A DNA stretch of 63,991 nucleotides, counting the filler, from Octopus bimaculoides (Eukaryota), in the NCBI RefSeq assembly GCF_001194135.2. It is 5 parts of 5 records of this genome, joined end to end, with 100 filler letters (N's around TTAATTAATTAA, not from the genome) between each part and the next. Parts side by side here need not be neighbours in the genome. Positions count along the whole stretch, not along the records: positions 20,539 to 37,940 come from NC_068994.1; positions 38,041 to 61,741 come from NC_068996.1; 3 more parts are not named here. One strand, written 5' to 3'. A program made the translations under genes and the position numbers. Shown in pieces: positions 36,620 through 47,651 of this stretch; position 1 is the stretch's first letter, and every line of letters starts with the position of its first letter. The notes beneath the pieces were generated by a model. That model did not search any database. It saw only the letters and a program-made list of their open reading frames with translations, and was not told the DNA's origin.

Positions 36620-36765
36620 TTCTGCGACGATGTTCGTGTCTGTGTATGCGGAAGTGAGCTGGAACGTTAAAACTAAGTGCGCATGCACAACAGAGTTCAA
36701 GGTCAATTTGTACCAAGCGGTTTTTCCTCTGCGCGCGTTAGCTTCGTTACTATGGCAACAGACCA
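36620..36765. promoter_or_regulatory. CpG-rich promoter-like motif cluster
   Basis: ETS/GABP GCGGAAGTG 36648-36656; NRF1-like TGCGCATGCACA 36678-36689; nuclear-receptor DR0 AGTTCA-AGGTCA 36694-36705; RFX X-box GTTACTATGGCAAC 36746-36759. Confidence 0.6.
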
Positions 36766-36810
36766 GATACTTATTGATCAGACCATGAATAATACATATA
36801 TACATGTGTA

Positions 36811-36850
<40 letters not shown>

Positions 36851-37632
36851 NNNNNNNNNNNNNNNNNNNNNNNNNNNNNNNNNNNNNNNNNNNNNNNNNN
36901 NNNNNNNNNNNNNNNNNNNNNNNNNNNNNNNNNNNNNNNNNNNNNNNNNNNNNNNNNNNNNNNNNNNNNNNNNNNNNNNNNNNNNNNNNNNNNNNNNNNN
37001 NNNNNNNNNNNNNNNNNNNNNNNNNNNNNNNNNNNNNNNNNNNNNNNNNNNNNNNNNNNNNNATATACACACTCACACACACACACACACATACACACAC
37101 TCATATGTGTATGTATATATATATATATTTATGCATATATGTATCTATGTACATACACATTTATGTTTGCATGTAAGTATGTAAGAGTAAATATACAAAT
37201 GCATGTGTGTGTGTGTGTGTGTGTGTCTGTACGAAATCATTTACTTCATCAACACCAACAGCTGTACCGTACTTCAAGACACAACTAAGCTGCTATCTCT
37301 TAAGAAATGCCATTTTGCTTCAGTTCCGACCAGGTGAGATATTTCTTTGACAGACTACGAAGAATTAGACGTGGTGGGAGACGAATGATGGGTAATGGGT
37401 GGAGTGGTACCGGCCTAATTTAAACATGGGAATACATGCGCGTGCATTAAATACACACTTGAAAATTTGTATGGATGCCTGTGCGAGTGAACGCATGCCA
37501 GGATGCGAATAAAACTGTAAATGAGATTCACACACACCCTCATCATTCATTGCACATTCCCATTTAATTTTTCATCAATTAGGAAACCTGAGTTAGTTCC
37601 CTTGACTTGACAAAATTATTATTTACAATACT

Positions 37633-37846
37633 CTTTTACTTGTTTCAGTCATTTGACTGTGGCCATGCTGGAGCACCGCCTTTAGTCGAGCAAATCGCCC
37701 CCAGGACTTATTCTTTGTAAGCCTAGTACTTATTCTATCGGGCTCTTTTTGCCGAACCGCTAAGTTACGGGGACTTAAACACACCAGCATCGGTTGTCAA
37801 ACGATGTTGGGGGGACAAACACAGACACACAAACATATACACACAC

Positions 37847-37895
<49 letters not shown>

Positions 37896-37940
37896 TACGA
37901 CGGGCTTCTTTCAGTTTCCGTCTACCAAATCCACTCACAA
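37633..37940 (-). mobile_element. SINE family A, CpGs intact, truncated by a scaffold join
   Basis: TTGCCGAACCGCTAAGTTACGGGGAC...(TA)n...CGACGGGCTTCTTTCAG. Confidence 0.85.
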
Positions 37941-38040
37941 NNNNNNNNNNNNNNNNNNNNNNNNNNNNNNNNNNNNNNNNNNNNTTAATTAATTAANNNN
38001 NNNNNNNNNNNNNNNNNNNNNNNNNNNNNNNNNNNNNNNN

Positions 38041-38520
38041 CATTGTCATTAGTATTAATAGTACCATTAATATCTCTCATCATACTACCACTGCTACTGC
38101 TACTGTTGCTGCTGCTGCTGTTGCTGCTACAAGCACTCATCACAACTACCACCACCACCACTACCACCACCACCACCACCACCGCCACCACCACCGCCAC
38201 TGCCATCATCATTATCGTTATCCTAATCATCATTGTCAGCTTCATTGCCGTGATCATTAGTGTTTATTGATTTTAAATATTCATTTACGAACCATCCATC
38301 TCCATTAAGCATCACTAAATTATGTAAACTATATTGCAAGCTATCTTCGAAACAGTCACTGATATAAAAATCAATACCTGTTGTCGTCGTTGTTGTTGTT
38401 GTTGTTGCTGTCACCACTTCTGTTGTTGTTACTGCTGCTGCTGCTGTTGTTGTTGTTGTTGTTGCTGCTGCTGCTGCTACTGTAACTATCGGTGTTGTTG
38501 TTGTTGTTGTTGTGTCACTA
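38041..38520. repeat. Compound trinucleotide microsatellites (CAT, CTA, GCT, CAC, GTT)
   Basis: Direct reading. Confidence 0.9.
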
Positions 38521-38590
38521 TGGTCAGAACAAGCATTAACCTGATCCATGCTAAGTAGACAATCGATCAACCAGGTGTGATCCACTGACC

Positions 38591-38692
38591 CAGTAGTTCT
38601 CAACTAGGGTCCAATTCACTCAGTGGGGTTTCAACTAGGGCCCATATGACTCAGTGGGTCTTAACTAGGGTCTAATTGACTCAGTAGGATCC
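38591..38692 (+). repeat. Three 31-bp tandem units derived from a hAT-like terminal sequence
   Basis: CAGTAGTTC start, then TCAACTAGGGTCCAATTCACTCAGTGGGGTT / TCAACTAGGGCCCATATGACTCAGTGGGTCT / TAACTAGGGTCTAATTGACTCAGTAGGATCC. Confidence 0.75.
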
Positions 38693-38809
38693 ATATAAGA
38701 ATTATGTGCAATAAATTGGTTATACTTCTTTAGTACACTAATTGTTTTAGCAATTTAATTACAATAATAAAATTATAAAATTTAATTATAAAAGTAAAGG
38801 AAATTAGAG

Positions 38810-39135
38810 GGTAAAGACCCCCTTTGGTCATGAATGACCATGGGATTGCACCTAGAAAGTTACCCTCCAAGGAACAAGTCTGGTCAAGGTTGTTTTATGG
38901 AAGACCAGCAGTCAACCATGCATACCAGCCTCCTGTCTCCATGCCACTGATGTTATCCAAGAGAAAGGCAAAGGGGCTGATACAGCTTGGCACCTGCGAC
39001 ATCACAACTCATTTCTATAGCTGAGGGAACTGGAGCAATGTGGAATAAAGTGTCTTGCTCAAGAACACAACACGCAGCCCAGTCCAAGGATTGAACTCAC
39101 TACCTCATGATTGTGAGCCCGATGCTCTAACCACT
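38810..39135 (-). mobile_element. tRNA-derived SINE, family E
   Basis: Reverse complement TAGTGGTTAGAGCATCGGGCTCACAATC..GAGTTCAATCC head, then GTGTTCTTGAGCAAGACACTT. Confidence 0.75.
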
Positions 39136-39427
39136 AATACTAAACTACCTCCCATACACAGTAACAATCTCACTAATGATCAGCCACTCAATTTCTATTG
39201 AGTGAATTTCAATCAAAAGGCTTGTTGTTGTTGTTGTTGTTGTTGTTGTAATTGTTGCTGTTGCTGCTGCTTTTGTCATTGTTGTCATCATTGTTGTCAT
39301 TGTTGTTATCATTGTTGTCATTGTTTTTTAACCCTTTTGATACCCCTGACCCACCTGAAACTACCCTTAATTCTATGATACAAGATTTTAAAGCAATATA
39401 ATTAAAATAAAAGAAAAGCAGGTTAAT

Positions 39428-39475
39428 CCCTAACCCTAACCCTAACCCTAACCCTAACCCTAACCCTAACCCCAA
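39428..39475. repeat. Interstitial telomeric repeat (CCCTAA)7 + CCCCAA
   Basis: Direct reading. Confidence 0.9.
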
Positions 39476-39559
39476 CAAACACTCTAAACAAAAAGCATTC
39501 CAGGTGTAGCCATCTCGTTTTTACTTCAGGTGTAACTTATTATTATAGACCACATCATC

Positions 39560-39920
39560 ACCATCATCATCATGAACATCATCATCATCATTTAACGTCC
39601 ATAGTCCATGCTGGCCAAGGGTTGGACTGCTTGACCAGGGCTGGTAAGCTGGAAGGCTGCACCAGACTCCAGTCTGATTTGGCATGGTTTTCTACAGCTG
39701 GATGCCCTTCCTAACACCAACCACGTAAATGGGTGCTTTTACATGTGACCAGCATGGGTGCCAGTTGCATGACACAAATGTCTGCCACGGCTACAAATTC
39801 ACTAGGCTTGATGGGTCTCAGTCATTTGTCATTGCCTCCAGGAGGCCCAACATACAAAAGGTACATTTTACGTGCCACTGGCACAGGTGTCATTTACATG
39901 ACGCCAGCATTGACTGCGAC
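39560..39920 (-). mobile_element. Retroposon family C
   Basis: (CAT)n-TTTAACGTCC...GATGCCCTTCCTAACACCAACC...GGGTGCTTTTAC. Confidence 0.75.
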
Positions 39921-39954
39921 GTATATTTTGTTTTTTAAGATGGTGCTCTTTTAT

Positions 39955-40195
39955 TCTTTTTCTTTTTTCATTTGCTTGACTGCGGCTATGCTGGAGCCTT
40001 GCCTTGGAAGGTTTCAGTCAAACAAACCAACTCCAGGACCCTTTTTTTTTATAAGCCTGGTACTTATTTTACCAGTCTCTTTTGCTGAACAGCTAACTTA
40101 TGGGGATGTCAACACACCAACACCAGTTGTCAAGTGGTGACAGGAGAACAAAGACAGACATAAGGACACACACAGATATATACGCATACTTACAT

Positions 40196-40236
<41 letters not shown>

Positions 40237-40406
40237 CATATATATATATATGATGGGCTTCTCTCAGTTTCTGTCTTTCAAATCCACTCACAAAGCTTTG
40301 TTTAACCTGAGGCTATAGTAGAAGACACTTGCCTAAGCTGGCATGCAATGAGACTGAACCTGGAACCATGTGGTTGAAAAGCAAGCTTTTAACCACACAG
40401 CCACGC
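39955..40406 (-). mobile_element. SINE family A, CpG-depleted
   Basis: TTTGCTGAACAGCTAACTTATGGGGATG versus consensus TTGCCGAACCGCTAAGTTACGGGGACG. Confidence 0.8.
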
Positions 40407-40759
40407 AGTGAAATTTTGAGGAAAATGTGATTTGGCTGCTAATTCTAGAAGGTTTAAGTACTCTGTACAGGTATTTTTCATTGGTCTATGATATGCCTGA
40501 AATTTCTGGTGTCAACCAATGAGAAGACAGACATGATAAGCTCAATCAACAAGATTATGGGTATTCTTCTTCCACCTTCAAATATTGGTATTGTACCTTT
40601 GAATATCATGACTGGAATTATCAAGGCTTTGTTAACCCTTTTCAAACCAGCCTGCCTGAGGCTGCTCCTGCTTCTATGATACAAAACTCATATTTTAAAA
40701 TGCACTAAATTAAAAGTTTCCATGAACATTTAATGTTAATTTATGATTCAAACACCAGT

Positions 40760-40990
40760 TTAATTCTCTAGCATTCAGATTATTTTGTTAAATGTTGTAA
40801 AGCTCATTTATTCATATTATTTCAAATTAATCCTGCATTATCTTGTGACCTTGAGATTTTGATGATGTGATAGTTTATTTTCAGAGTAACATTGTAGGGT
40901 AAGTGTGAGAGGCCAGATATAGGCAGTTTGAATATAAAACAGGTGGAATATTAGGTCCAGATATGACTGGTTTAAATGCTAATGGGTTAA
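40760..40990. mobile_element. piggyBac-like MITE
   Basis: TTAA-TTCTCTAGCATT ... AATGCTAATGGG-TTAA; a partial copy is inserted in a SINE at ~45030-45170 and a terminus lies at ~10186. Confidence 0.7.
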
Positions 40991-41239
40991 TAATAGTTTC
41001 AAATTTTGGCACAAGGCCAGTCATTTCAGAGAGTGGGGTAAGCCGATTGCATTAACTCCATTGTTTAGGAATACATTGTGTCTAAAAGATGAGATGGATG
41101 GTCATGATTGGAATGCTTTTGGTTGATCTTAAGTCTGTTTGGGGAGGGCTGACCTGAGACCCAATAACAACTTCAGACTCAACCCACGCCTTATTATATT
41201 TCGAGTGAAACACACTGCATTTGTTTCAGTGAGTTTTTA

Positions 41240-41372
41240 CTCATTTTATCAACTCCTGAAGGATGAAAGGCAAAGCTGACCTTGGTGGAATTTGAACTCA
41301 GACTGTCAGACCAGATGAAATGCCACTGAACATTTTGCCCAGAGTGCTAACGATTCTGCCAGCTGGCTGCGT
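41240..41372 (-). mobile_element. SINE family B, CpG-depleted
   Basis: GGATGAAAGGCAAAGCTGACCTTGGTGGAATTTGAACTCAG...GCTAACGATTCTGCCAGC. Confidence 0.75.
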
Positions 41373-41373
41373 T

Positions 41374-41507
41374 GGAAGAAGAAGAAGAAGAAGAAGAAGA
41401 AGGAGAAGGAGAAGGAGAAGAAGAAGAAGAAGAAGAAGAAGAAGAAGAAGAAGAAGAAGGAGAAGGAGAAGGAGAAGAAGAAGGAGAAGAAGAAGAAGAA
41501 GAAGAAG
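41374..41507. repeat. (GAA)n/(GGA)n polypurine tract running into a gap
   Basis: Direct reading; resumes at 42247. Confidence 0.95.
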
Positions 41508-42369
41508 NNNNNNNNNNNNNNNNNNNNNNNNNNNNNNNNNNNNNNNNNNNNNNNNNNNNNNNNNNNNNNNNNNNNNNNNNNNNNNNNNNNNNNNNNNNNN
41601 NNNNNNNNNNNNNNNNNNNNNNNNNNNNNNNNNNNNNNNNNNNNNNNNNNNNNNNNNNNNNNNNNNNNNNNNNNNNNNNNNNNNNNNNNNNNNNNNNNNN
41701 NNNNNNNNNNNNNNNNNNNNNNNNNNNNNNNNNNNNNNNNNNNNNNNNNNNNNNNNNNNNNNNNNNNNNNNNNNNNNNNNNNNNNNNNNNNNNNNNNNNN
41801 NNNNNNNNNNNNNNNNNNNNNNNNNNNNNNNNNNNNNNNNNNNNNNNNNNNNNNNNNNNNNNNNNNNNNNNNNNNNNNNNNNNNNNNNNNNNNNNNNNNN
41901 NNNNNNNNNNNNNNNNNNNNNNNNNNNNNNNNNNNNNNNNNNNNNNNNNNNNNNNNNNNNNNNNNNNNNNNNNNNNNNNNNNNNNNNNNNNNNNNNNNNN
42001 NNNNNNNNNNNNNNNNNNNNNNNNNNNNNNNNNNNNNNNNNNNNNNNNNNNNNNNNNNNNNNNNNNNNNNNNNNNNNNNNNNNNNNNNNNNNNNNNNNNN
42101 NNNNNNNNNNNNNNNNNNNNNNNNNNNNNNNNNNNNNNNNNNNNNNNNNNNNNNNNNNNNNNNNNNNNNNNNNNNNNNNNNNNNNNNNNNNNNNNNNNNN
42201 NNNNNNNNNNNNNNNNNNNNNNNNNNNNNNNNNNNNNNNNNNNNNNAAGAAGAAGAGTTATTTATTTGTAGTTGAACGATATTTCGGCATCTCGTGTGCC
42301 TTCCACAAATTCCAAATAAACATGTCAGTCTAATTCATTTTTCTAGTTTATGTAGGACTGAAGTAACTC

Positions 42370-42407
<38 letters not shown>

Positions 42408-42434
42408 TGATGATGATGATAATGATAATGATGA

Positions 42435-42648
42435 TCCTTTCTACTATAGGCACAAGGCCTGAAATTTGTGGGGAGGGGACTACTTGATTACATTGACCCC
42501 AGTGTTTAACTGGTACTTAATTTATCGACCCCGAAAGGCTGAAAGGCAAAGTCGACCTCTGTGGAATTTGAACTCAGAATGTCAAGACATGAAATGCTGC
42601 TAAGCATTTTTGCCAGGCATGCTAATGATTCTGCCAGCTTCCTGCCAT
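42435..42648 (-). mobile_element. SINE family B
   Basis: TTCTACTATAGGCACAAGG...ATCGACCCCGAAAGG...GCTAATGATTCTGCCAGC. Confidence 0.8.
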
Positions 42649-43122
42649 AAAACCAGTTTAATAATGACAAAGTTATTTTACAATATTAAATTCTTTGTTA
42701 TTTAAAAAAAAATTGATTGAAGCAAATGTAGGCGTAATTCAATAGAAATGTAATAAGGCAATGTAATGAGTCTGAAGTTGTTGTGGTCAGTCCTTGGGTC
42801 AGCCTTCACCAAACAGGCTTTGGATCAATCAAAAGCATTCCAATCATGACCATCCATTTCATCTTTTAGATACAATACATGCCTTTCGCTGTTTATTGTT
42901 TACCATTCTGCTGTTTTTTCTCTAATTCCCTTTCTTTTTTTAGACAGTAAGATGTTATTAAAAAAAGATTTGGCTGTTATATCTAACAAATAAAAATGAC
43001 CTGTTAGAAATAACAGCCAAATCTCTTGCTATCATTGTCATTAATGTTGTTGTTGTTGTTATTTGTTGGTTTCTTGCTGTTGTTGCATTTCTTTTTCTTC
43101 TTTCCTTTTATTTCTGAAACAG

Positions 43123-43245
43123 ATAATACTGTGGGGCCGTCATCTAGAATCCCTCTCCCAGACTTGTGCAGATGTGTGTGCACTGGGAGTCCCTTGTGTT
43201 TATATGCAGTGTGATGTTAGCAACAAAGAAAATATTGACCAACAG
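43123..43245 (+). CDS. DHRS3: Internal coding exon (123 nt, phase 0-0) of a DHRS3-like short-chain dehydrogenase/reductase (SDR16C)
   Basis: Long polypyrimidine acceptor ...TTTATTTCTGAAACAG|; donor CAG|GTATGG; encodes IILWGRHLESLSQTCADVCALGVPCVYMQCDVSNKENIDQQ, colinear with human DHRS3 [41 protein letters not shown] as I recall it. Confidence 0.85.
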
Positions 43246-43310
43246 GTATGGCAAAATTTTCACAACAGTACTTCTACTGCTACTACTACTTATACTACTA
43301 CTACTACTAC

Positions 43311-43361
<51 letters not shown>

Positions 43362-44186
43362 TAATACTATTAATAATAATAATAATAATAATAATTAGTT
43401 CGTTTTATTGGCCACAAGGGCTAATATCAATTAAAAACATATAAGACAAAGACAGGACGAAGGTTGCAAAAGGTTTTGTCCGAAAAGGTAGGAAAGTTGG
43501 TCTAAACAGAGGAAGAAAACAGAGAAGGATATAATAAATAAATAGATAAATAAATAGATAAATAAATAAGTAGAACTCCCAAAGGGGGAGGCGCTTCGAA
43601 AAAGGAAAGGTTANNNNNNNNNNNNNNNNNNNNNNNNNNNNNNNNNNNNNNNNNNNNNNNNNNNNNNNNNNNNNNNNNNNNNNNNNNNNNNNNNNNNNNN
43701 NNNNNNNNNNNNNNNNNNNNNNNNNNNNNNNNNNNNNNNNNNNNNNNNNNNNNNNNNNNNNNNNNNNNNNNNNNNNNNNNNNNNNNNNNNNNNNNNNNNN
43801 NNNNNNNNNNNNNNNNNNNNNNNNNNNNNNNNNNNNNNNNNNNNNNNNNNNNNNNNNNNNNNNNNNNNNNNNNNNNNNNNNNNNNNNNNNNNNNNNNNNN
43901 NNNNNNNNNNNNNNNNNNNNNNNNNNNNNNNNNNNNNNNNNNNNNNNNNNNNNNNNNNNNNNNNNNNNNNNNNNNNNNNNNNNNNNNNNNNNNNNNNNNN
44001 NNNNNNNNNNNNNNNNNNNNNNNNNNNNNNNNNNNNNNNNNNNNNNNNNNNNNNNNNNNNNNNNNNNNNNNNNNNNNNNNNNNNNNNNNNNNNNNNNNNN
44101 NNNNNNNNNNNNNNNNNNNNNNNNNNNNNNNNNNNNNNNNNNNNNNNNNNNNNNNNNNNNNNNNNNNNNNNNNNNNNNNNNNNNNN

Positions 44187-44229
<43 letters not shown>

Positions 44230-44456
44230 ATATGTTTGTGTGTCTGTGTTTGTCCCCCCAGCATTGCTTGACATCCAATGCTGGTGTGCTTACGTCCCCG
44301 TAACTTACCAGTTTGGCAAAAGAGACCAATAGAATAAGTACTAGGCTTCCAACGAATAAGTTCTGGGGTCGATTTGCTCGACTAAAGGCAGTGCTCCAGC
44401 ATGGTCACAGTCAAAAGACTGAAACAAGTAAAAGAGTAAAAAGAGAGTAAAAGAGT
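44187..44456 (+). mobile_element. SINE family A, 3' half after a gap
   Basis: (TA)n-GTGTTTGTCCCCC...ATGGTCACAGTCAAAAGACTGAAACAAGTAAAAGAG. Confidence 0.8.
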
Positions 44457-44918
44457 AATACCACAGATTTGCTTGTCAGTTGTTTGACCTTAACCAGTTG
44501 AGCATGTCCCTTGGTGGCTGACGATATGTGCATCTCTGATCATGAGCAGAAGTAGTGGAGGAGCATCATAGTCATGTGTTGAGAGGAATTCTTTGGAGTT
44601 TGAATAATTCACCTTTGGAAACATGGGTGTTTTGCGCAACATCCTTAAACAAACCTTATTCAGAGACCTTTTGAGCAGGATGGGCTACTCGACCTGAAGA
44701 AAATTCTAACTGGGCCCCATCTGCAAGGTCATGCACTGTTTAACTTGATATGAGATCACCATGCCACACACATATGGTTGTGATGCATGTGCCTGGTGTA
44801 CCCTTATCAGACGGGTAGTCATGATGGGTATAATGGGCTTCGTATATTTTATCCCAGTGTCCCTTTGATGGCATGCACTGCTCCCTCGCTCAATTATAAT
44901 AATGATAATAATAATAAT
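44457..44918 (+). mobile_element. Unclassified interspersed repeat with (AAT)n tail
   Basis: 44457-44548 is the reverse-complement homolog of 10236-10320; ends in ATAATAATGATAATAATAATAAT. Confidence 0.55.
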
Positions 44919-45289
44919 CATTTCTACTAAAGGCACAAGGCCTGAAATTTTGTGGGAAGGGACCAGTCGATTACATCAACCCCAGTGTTTAACTGGTACA
45001 TATTTTATTGATCCTGAAAGGATGAAAGGCATTATCTTGTGGCTTTGAGATTTTGATGATGTGATAGTTTATTTTCAGAATAACATTGTAGGGTAGGTGT
45101 AAGAGGCCAGATATAGGCAGTTTGAATATAAGATAAGTAGAATATTAGAGCTGGAGGTGGCCAGTTTAGGGTTGAACTCATCAGAGTTTGAACTCAGAAG
45201 GTGAAGATAAATGAAATGCCACTAAGCATTTGCCTGATATGCTAACGATTCTGACAGCTTACTGCCTTAAAAGTGAACGAAGCCATAGA

Positions 45290-46150
45290 TCTAACACAAT
45301 TTAAGAATGACCAGAGAGAGCAGATGAAGAAAATTTGGCAGGACAAGAAAATGAATGCACAGTCAGTTCTTGAAGAATAAAGATGAGATTGATTGGAATA
45401 GAACCTGGCAATGGCTGCAGAAAGAAGACTTAAAAGGGACTGCTGAGGCAGTGGTCCCTTGTGCTATGCTCAAGAACAAGTTCTCAGAACAAACTACTCC
45501 AAATGTCACATTTATAAAAGCACTGATTCGCAACAGCATAGGATGTGCTCTGAGAAGGGAGAAAGTATAAGCCATATTGTTAGTGAGTGTTGTAAGCTCA
45601 CACAACGCAAATACAAAAGGAGACACGACAATGTGGCCAGATATGTCCACTGGCTGTTGTGTGGTAAAGCAAACATCGGGAGAGCCGAACAATGGTATGA
45701 AGACAAGCCAAAGGGAGTAATGGAAAACGAACATTACAAAATACTCTGGGATTTTAACATGCAGTGCGACCAAGTCATAGAGGTGAGACGACCAGATATC
45801 GTGCTCATCCATAAAGATGAAAAAGAAGTAAAGATAATAGATGTTGCAATACCAGGCAATTCGAGGGTAAAATGTTAGGAAACAGAAAAGATTGAGAAAT
45901 ACCAGCCACTGTGGGACGAGATAGGAAAGTTATGGTGATATCGGTGGTAATTGGAGCATTAGAAATAGTTTCCAAGGGCTTTGAAAAACATATTAAGAAT
46001 ATTGGAGCTGTTGTCAGGCTTGAAGTGATCCAGAAGACAGTATTGTTGGGTACAGCTCACATTCTATGGAAAGTATTGTCTCTTTGAGTCACAGGAGAAG
46101 GAACTACTTGAAACCTTTGGTAATTTGTTGTTGCCTGCTTTCAAGTAAAG
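45290..46150 (+). mobile_element. REL-endonuclease LINE (R2/R4/NeSL group), 3' fragment
   Basis: AQEQVLRTN, degenerate CCHC (RMC...ESISHIVSEC), RRHDNVARYVHW, ILWDFNMQCD..IEVRRPDIV, IIDVAIPG...EKIEKYQ motifs. Confidence 0.9.
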
Positions 46151-46500
46151 AATGACCTTGATAGGATGAAGGATAAAGTCTCAACTTTGGTAGAATTTGA
46201 ACACTGAATGTAAAAGTGCTGGAAGAGATGCTGCCAAGCATTTTGTCCAACTCAGACAATTCTGGCAGCTAGCAATAATAACATTACTTATACTTTTTGC
46301 CTTCCTTTTAGCAGGAATGGGAGAGTTCTGTTGGTAAGAATGGTATCCTGAGGTTTGGTGAGACCAAAATCTCCACAAACCTCAAACTGCTGCTACTGTC
46401 GCAGTGGTAACATCAACTATTTTACAGAGTAGGGGGGCAGGTTTCATGGCACCACCACCAATGAGGCTGCTGCATAGCTCACAAGACTATTTATTGACAA

Positions 46501-46571
<71 letters not shown>

Positions 46572-46978
46572 TAGATAGATATAGATAGATAGATAAACAG
46601 ATAAACAGATTGATAGACAGACAGAGAGATAGACAGAAAGTTAGATATACTTACATACAAACATATATATATATATACACAGATGTTAAAAGATGATGAT
46701 CAAAATGTTTGTGTATTTATTCATCTATATTTCTCTCTCTCTCNNNNNNNNNNNATATATATATATCAGTTGAGATGCAGTCCTATTTTTAATGTGTCTG
46801 TTCTAGGACTTAGCATGTTGTGTTTCTATTTCATCCTAGGAGTTAAAAATCTTGCTGATAACTGAGGTTAATCCATTCTAAATGGAACTGCATTTCATTA
46901 TTACCAAAACTCATTGAATGGAAGAGAATTTCAGTCATCTGCTGCTGGTAATTTTCTTCCTTTTTTTTTTTTTTATAG

Positions 46979-47119
46979 GCAAGTATATGTCAAGAGAGAT
47001 ATGGTCCTGTTAGTATTCTGGTAAACAATGCTGGAGTGATGTATGGAGGGAAAGTCTTGGAACTTGCAGTGGAAGATATTGAAATGTCTTTCAAAGTTAA
47101 TGTTTTGGCACATTTCAGA
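46979..47119 (+). CDS. DHRS3: Next internal coding exon (141 nt, phase 0-0) of the DHRS3-like SDR
   Basis: Acceptor TTTTTTTTTTATAG|; donor AGA|GTGAGT; encodes ASICQERYGPVSILVNNAGVMYGGKVLELAVEDIEMSFKVNVLAHFR (SDR NNAG motif). Splices in frame onto 43123-43245 with no gap against the family alignment. Confidence 0.9.
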
Positions 47120-47394
47120 GTGAGTAATCTTAAGATTTCATTTTCTTTTGGTTAAATTTTTATTTTTATTCTTTACTCTTGGTTTTGTTTAAATCTCAGA
47201 TCAACGCTGATTGAGCAGACCAATATTTAAAGGGCATTCCAGCCATGACCAGCTTATCTTTCTTGTATATCAGGAACTACATTATCTGCAGTACTCTCTC
47301 TCTCTCTCTTTCTCTCTCTTTCTGCTTCTTCTCCCTCTTTCTCTGTCTCACTGCCTCTCCCCTCTCTCTTTATCTATCTATCTATCTGTATATG

Positions 47395-47560
47395 AAATTT
47401 TACAGAAAAACAAAAGATGAAGATAGGTGTATGAACAACAAGCAGGTGTATTAGTTTGATACTTGAGAAAGTGAAAAAGTCTTTTATGTTTCGAGCCTAT
47501 GCTCTTCAGCAGAAAGGAATAAGAGAAAATGAACAGAGAGAGAATAAAAAATGTGTGAAT
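47395..47560 (-). mobile_element. Hammerhead-motif repeat, copy D (cleavage triplet decayed)
   Basis: Reverse complement of 47480-47517: CCTTT CTGCTGA A GAGC ATAG GCTC GAAAC ATA AAAGA. Confidence 0.55.
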
Positions 47561-47575
47561 TTAGCACTCAAGCTA

Positions 47576-47651
<76 letters not shown>

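Noticed and set aside
37260-37345. First coding exon of the DHRS3-like gene ending at CAG|GTGAGA (37333)
   Set aside because: In phase 0 it gives only MPFCFSSDQ with no TGxxxGxG motif. It could still be a UTR exon, but there is no support.
39428-39475. Chromosome end or true telomere
   Set aside because: Only 48 bp and flanked by ordinary sequence on both sides.
46312-46333. Micro-exon between the two DHRS3-like exons (TAG/CAG acceptor, G|GTAAGA donor)
   Set aside because: 22 or 19 nt would shift the frame, and the flanking exons already align without a gap. A poison exon cannot be excluded without RNA data.
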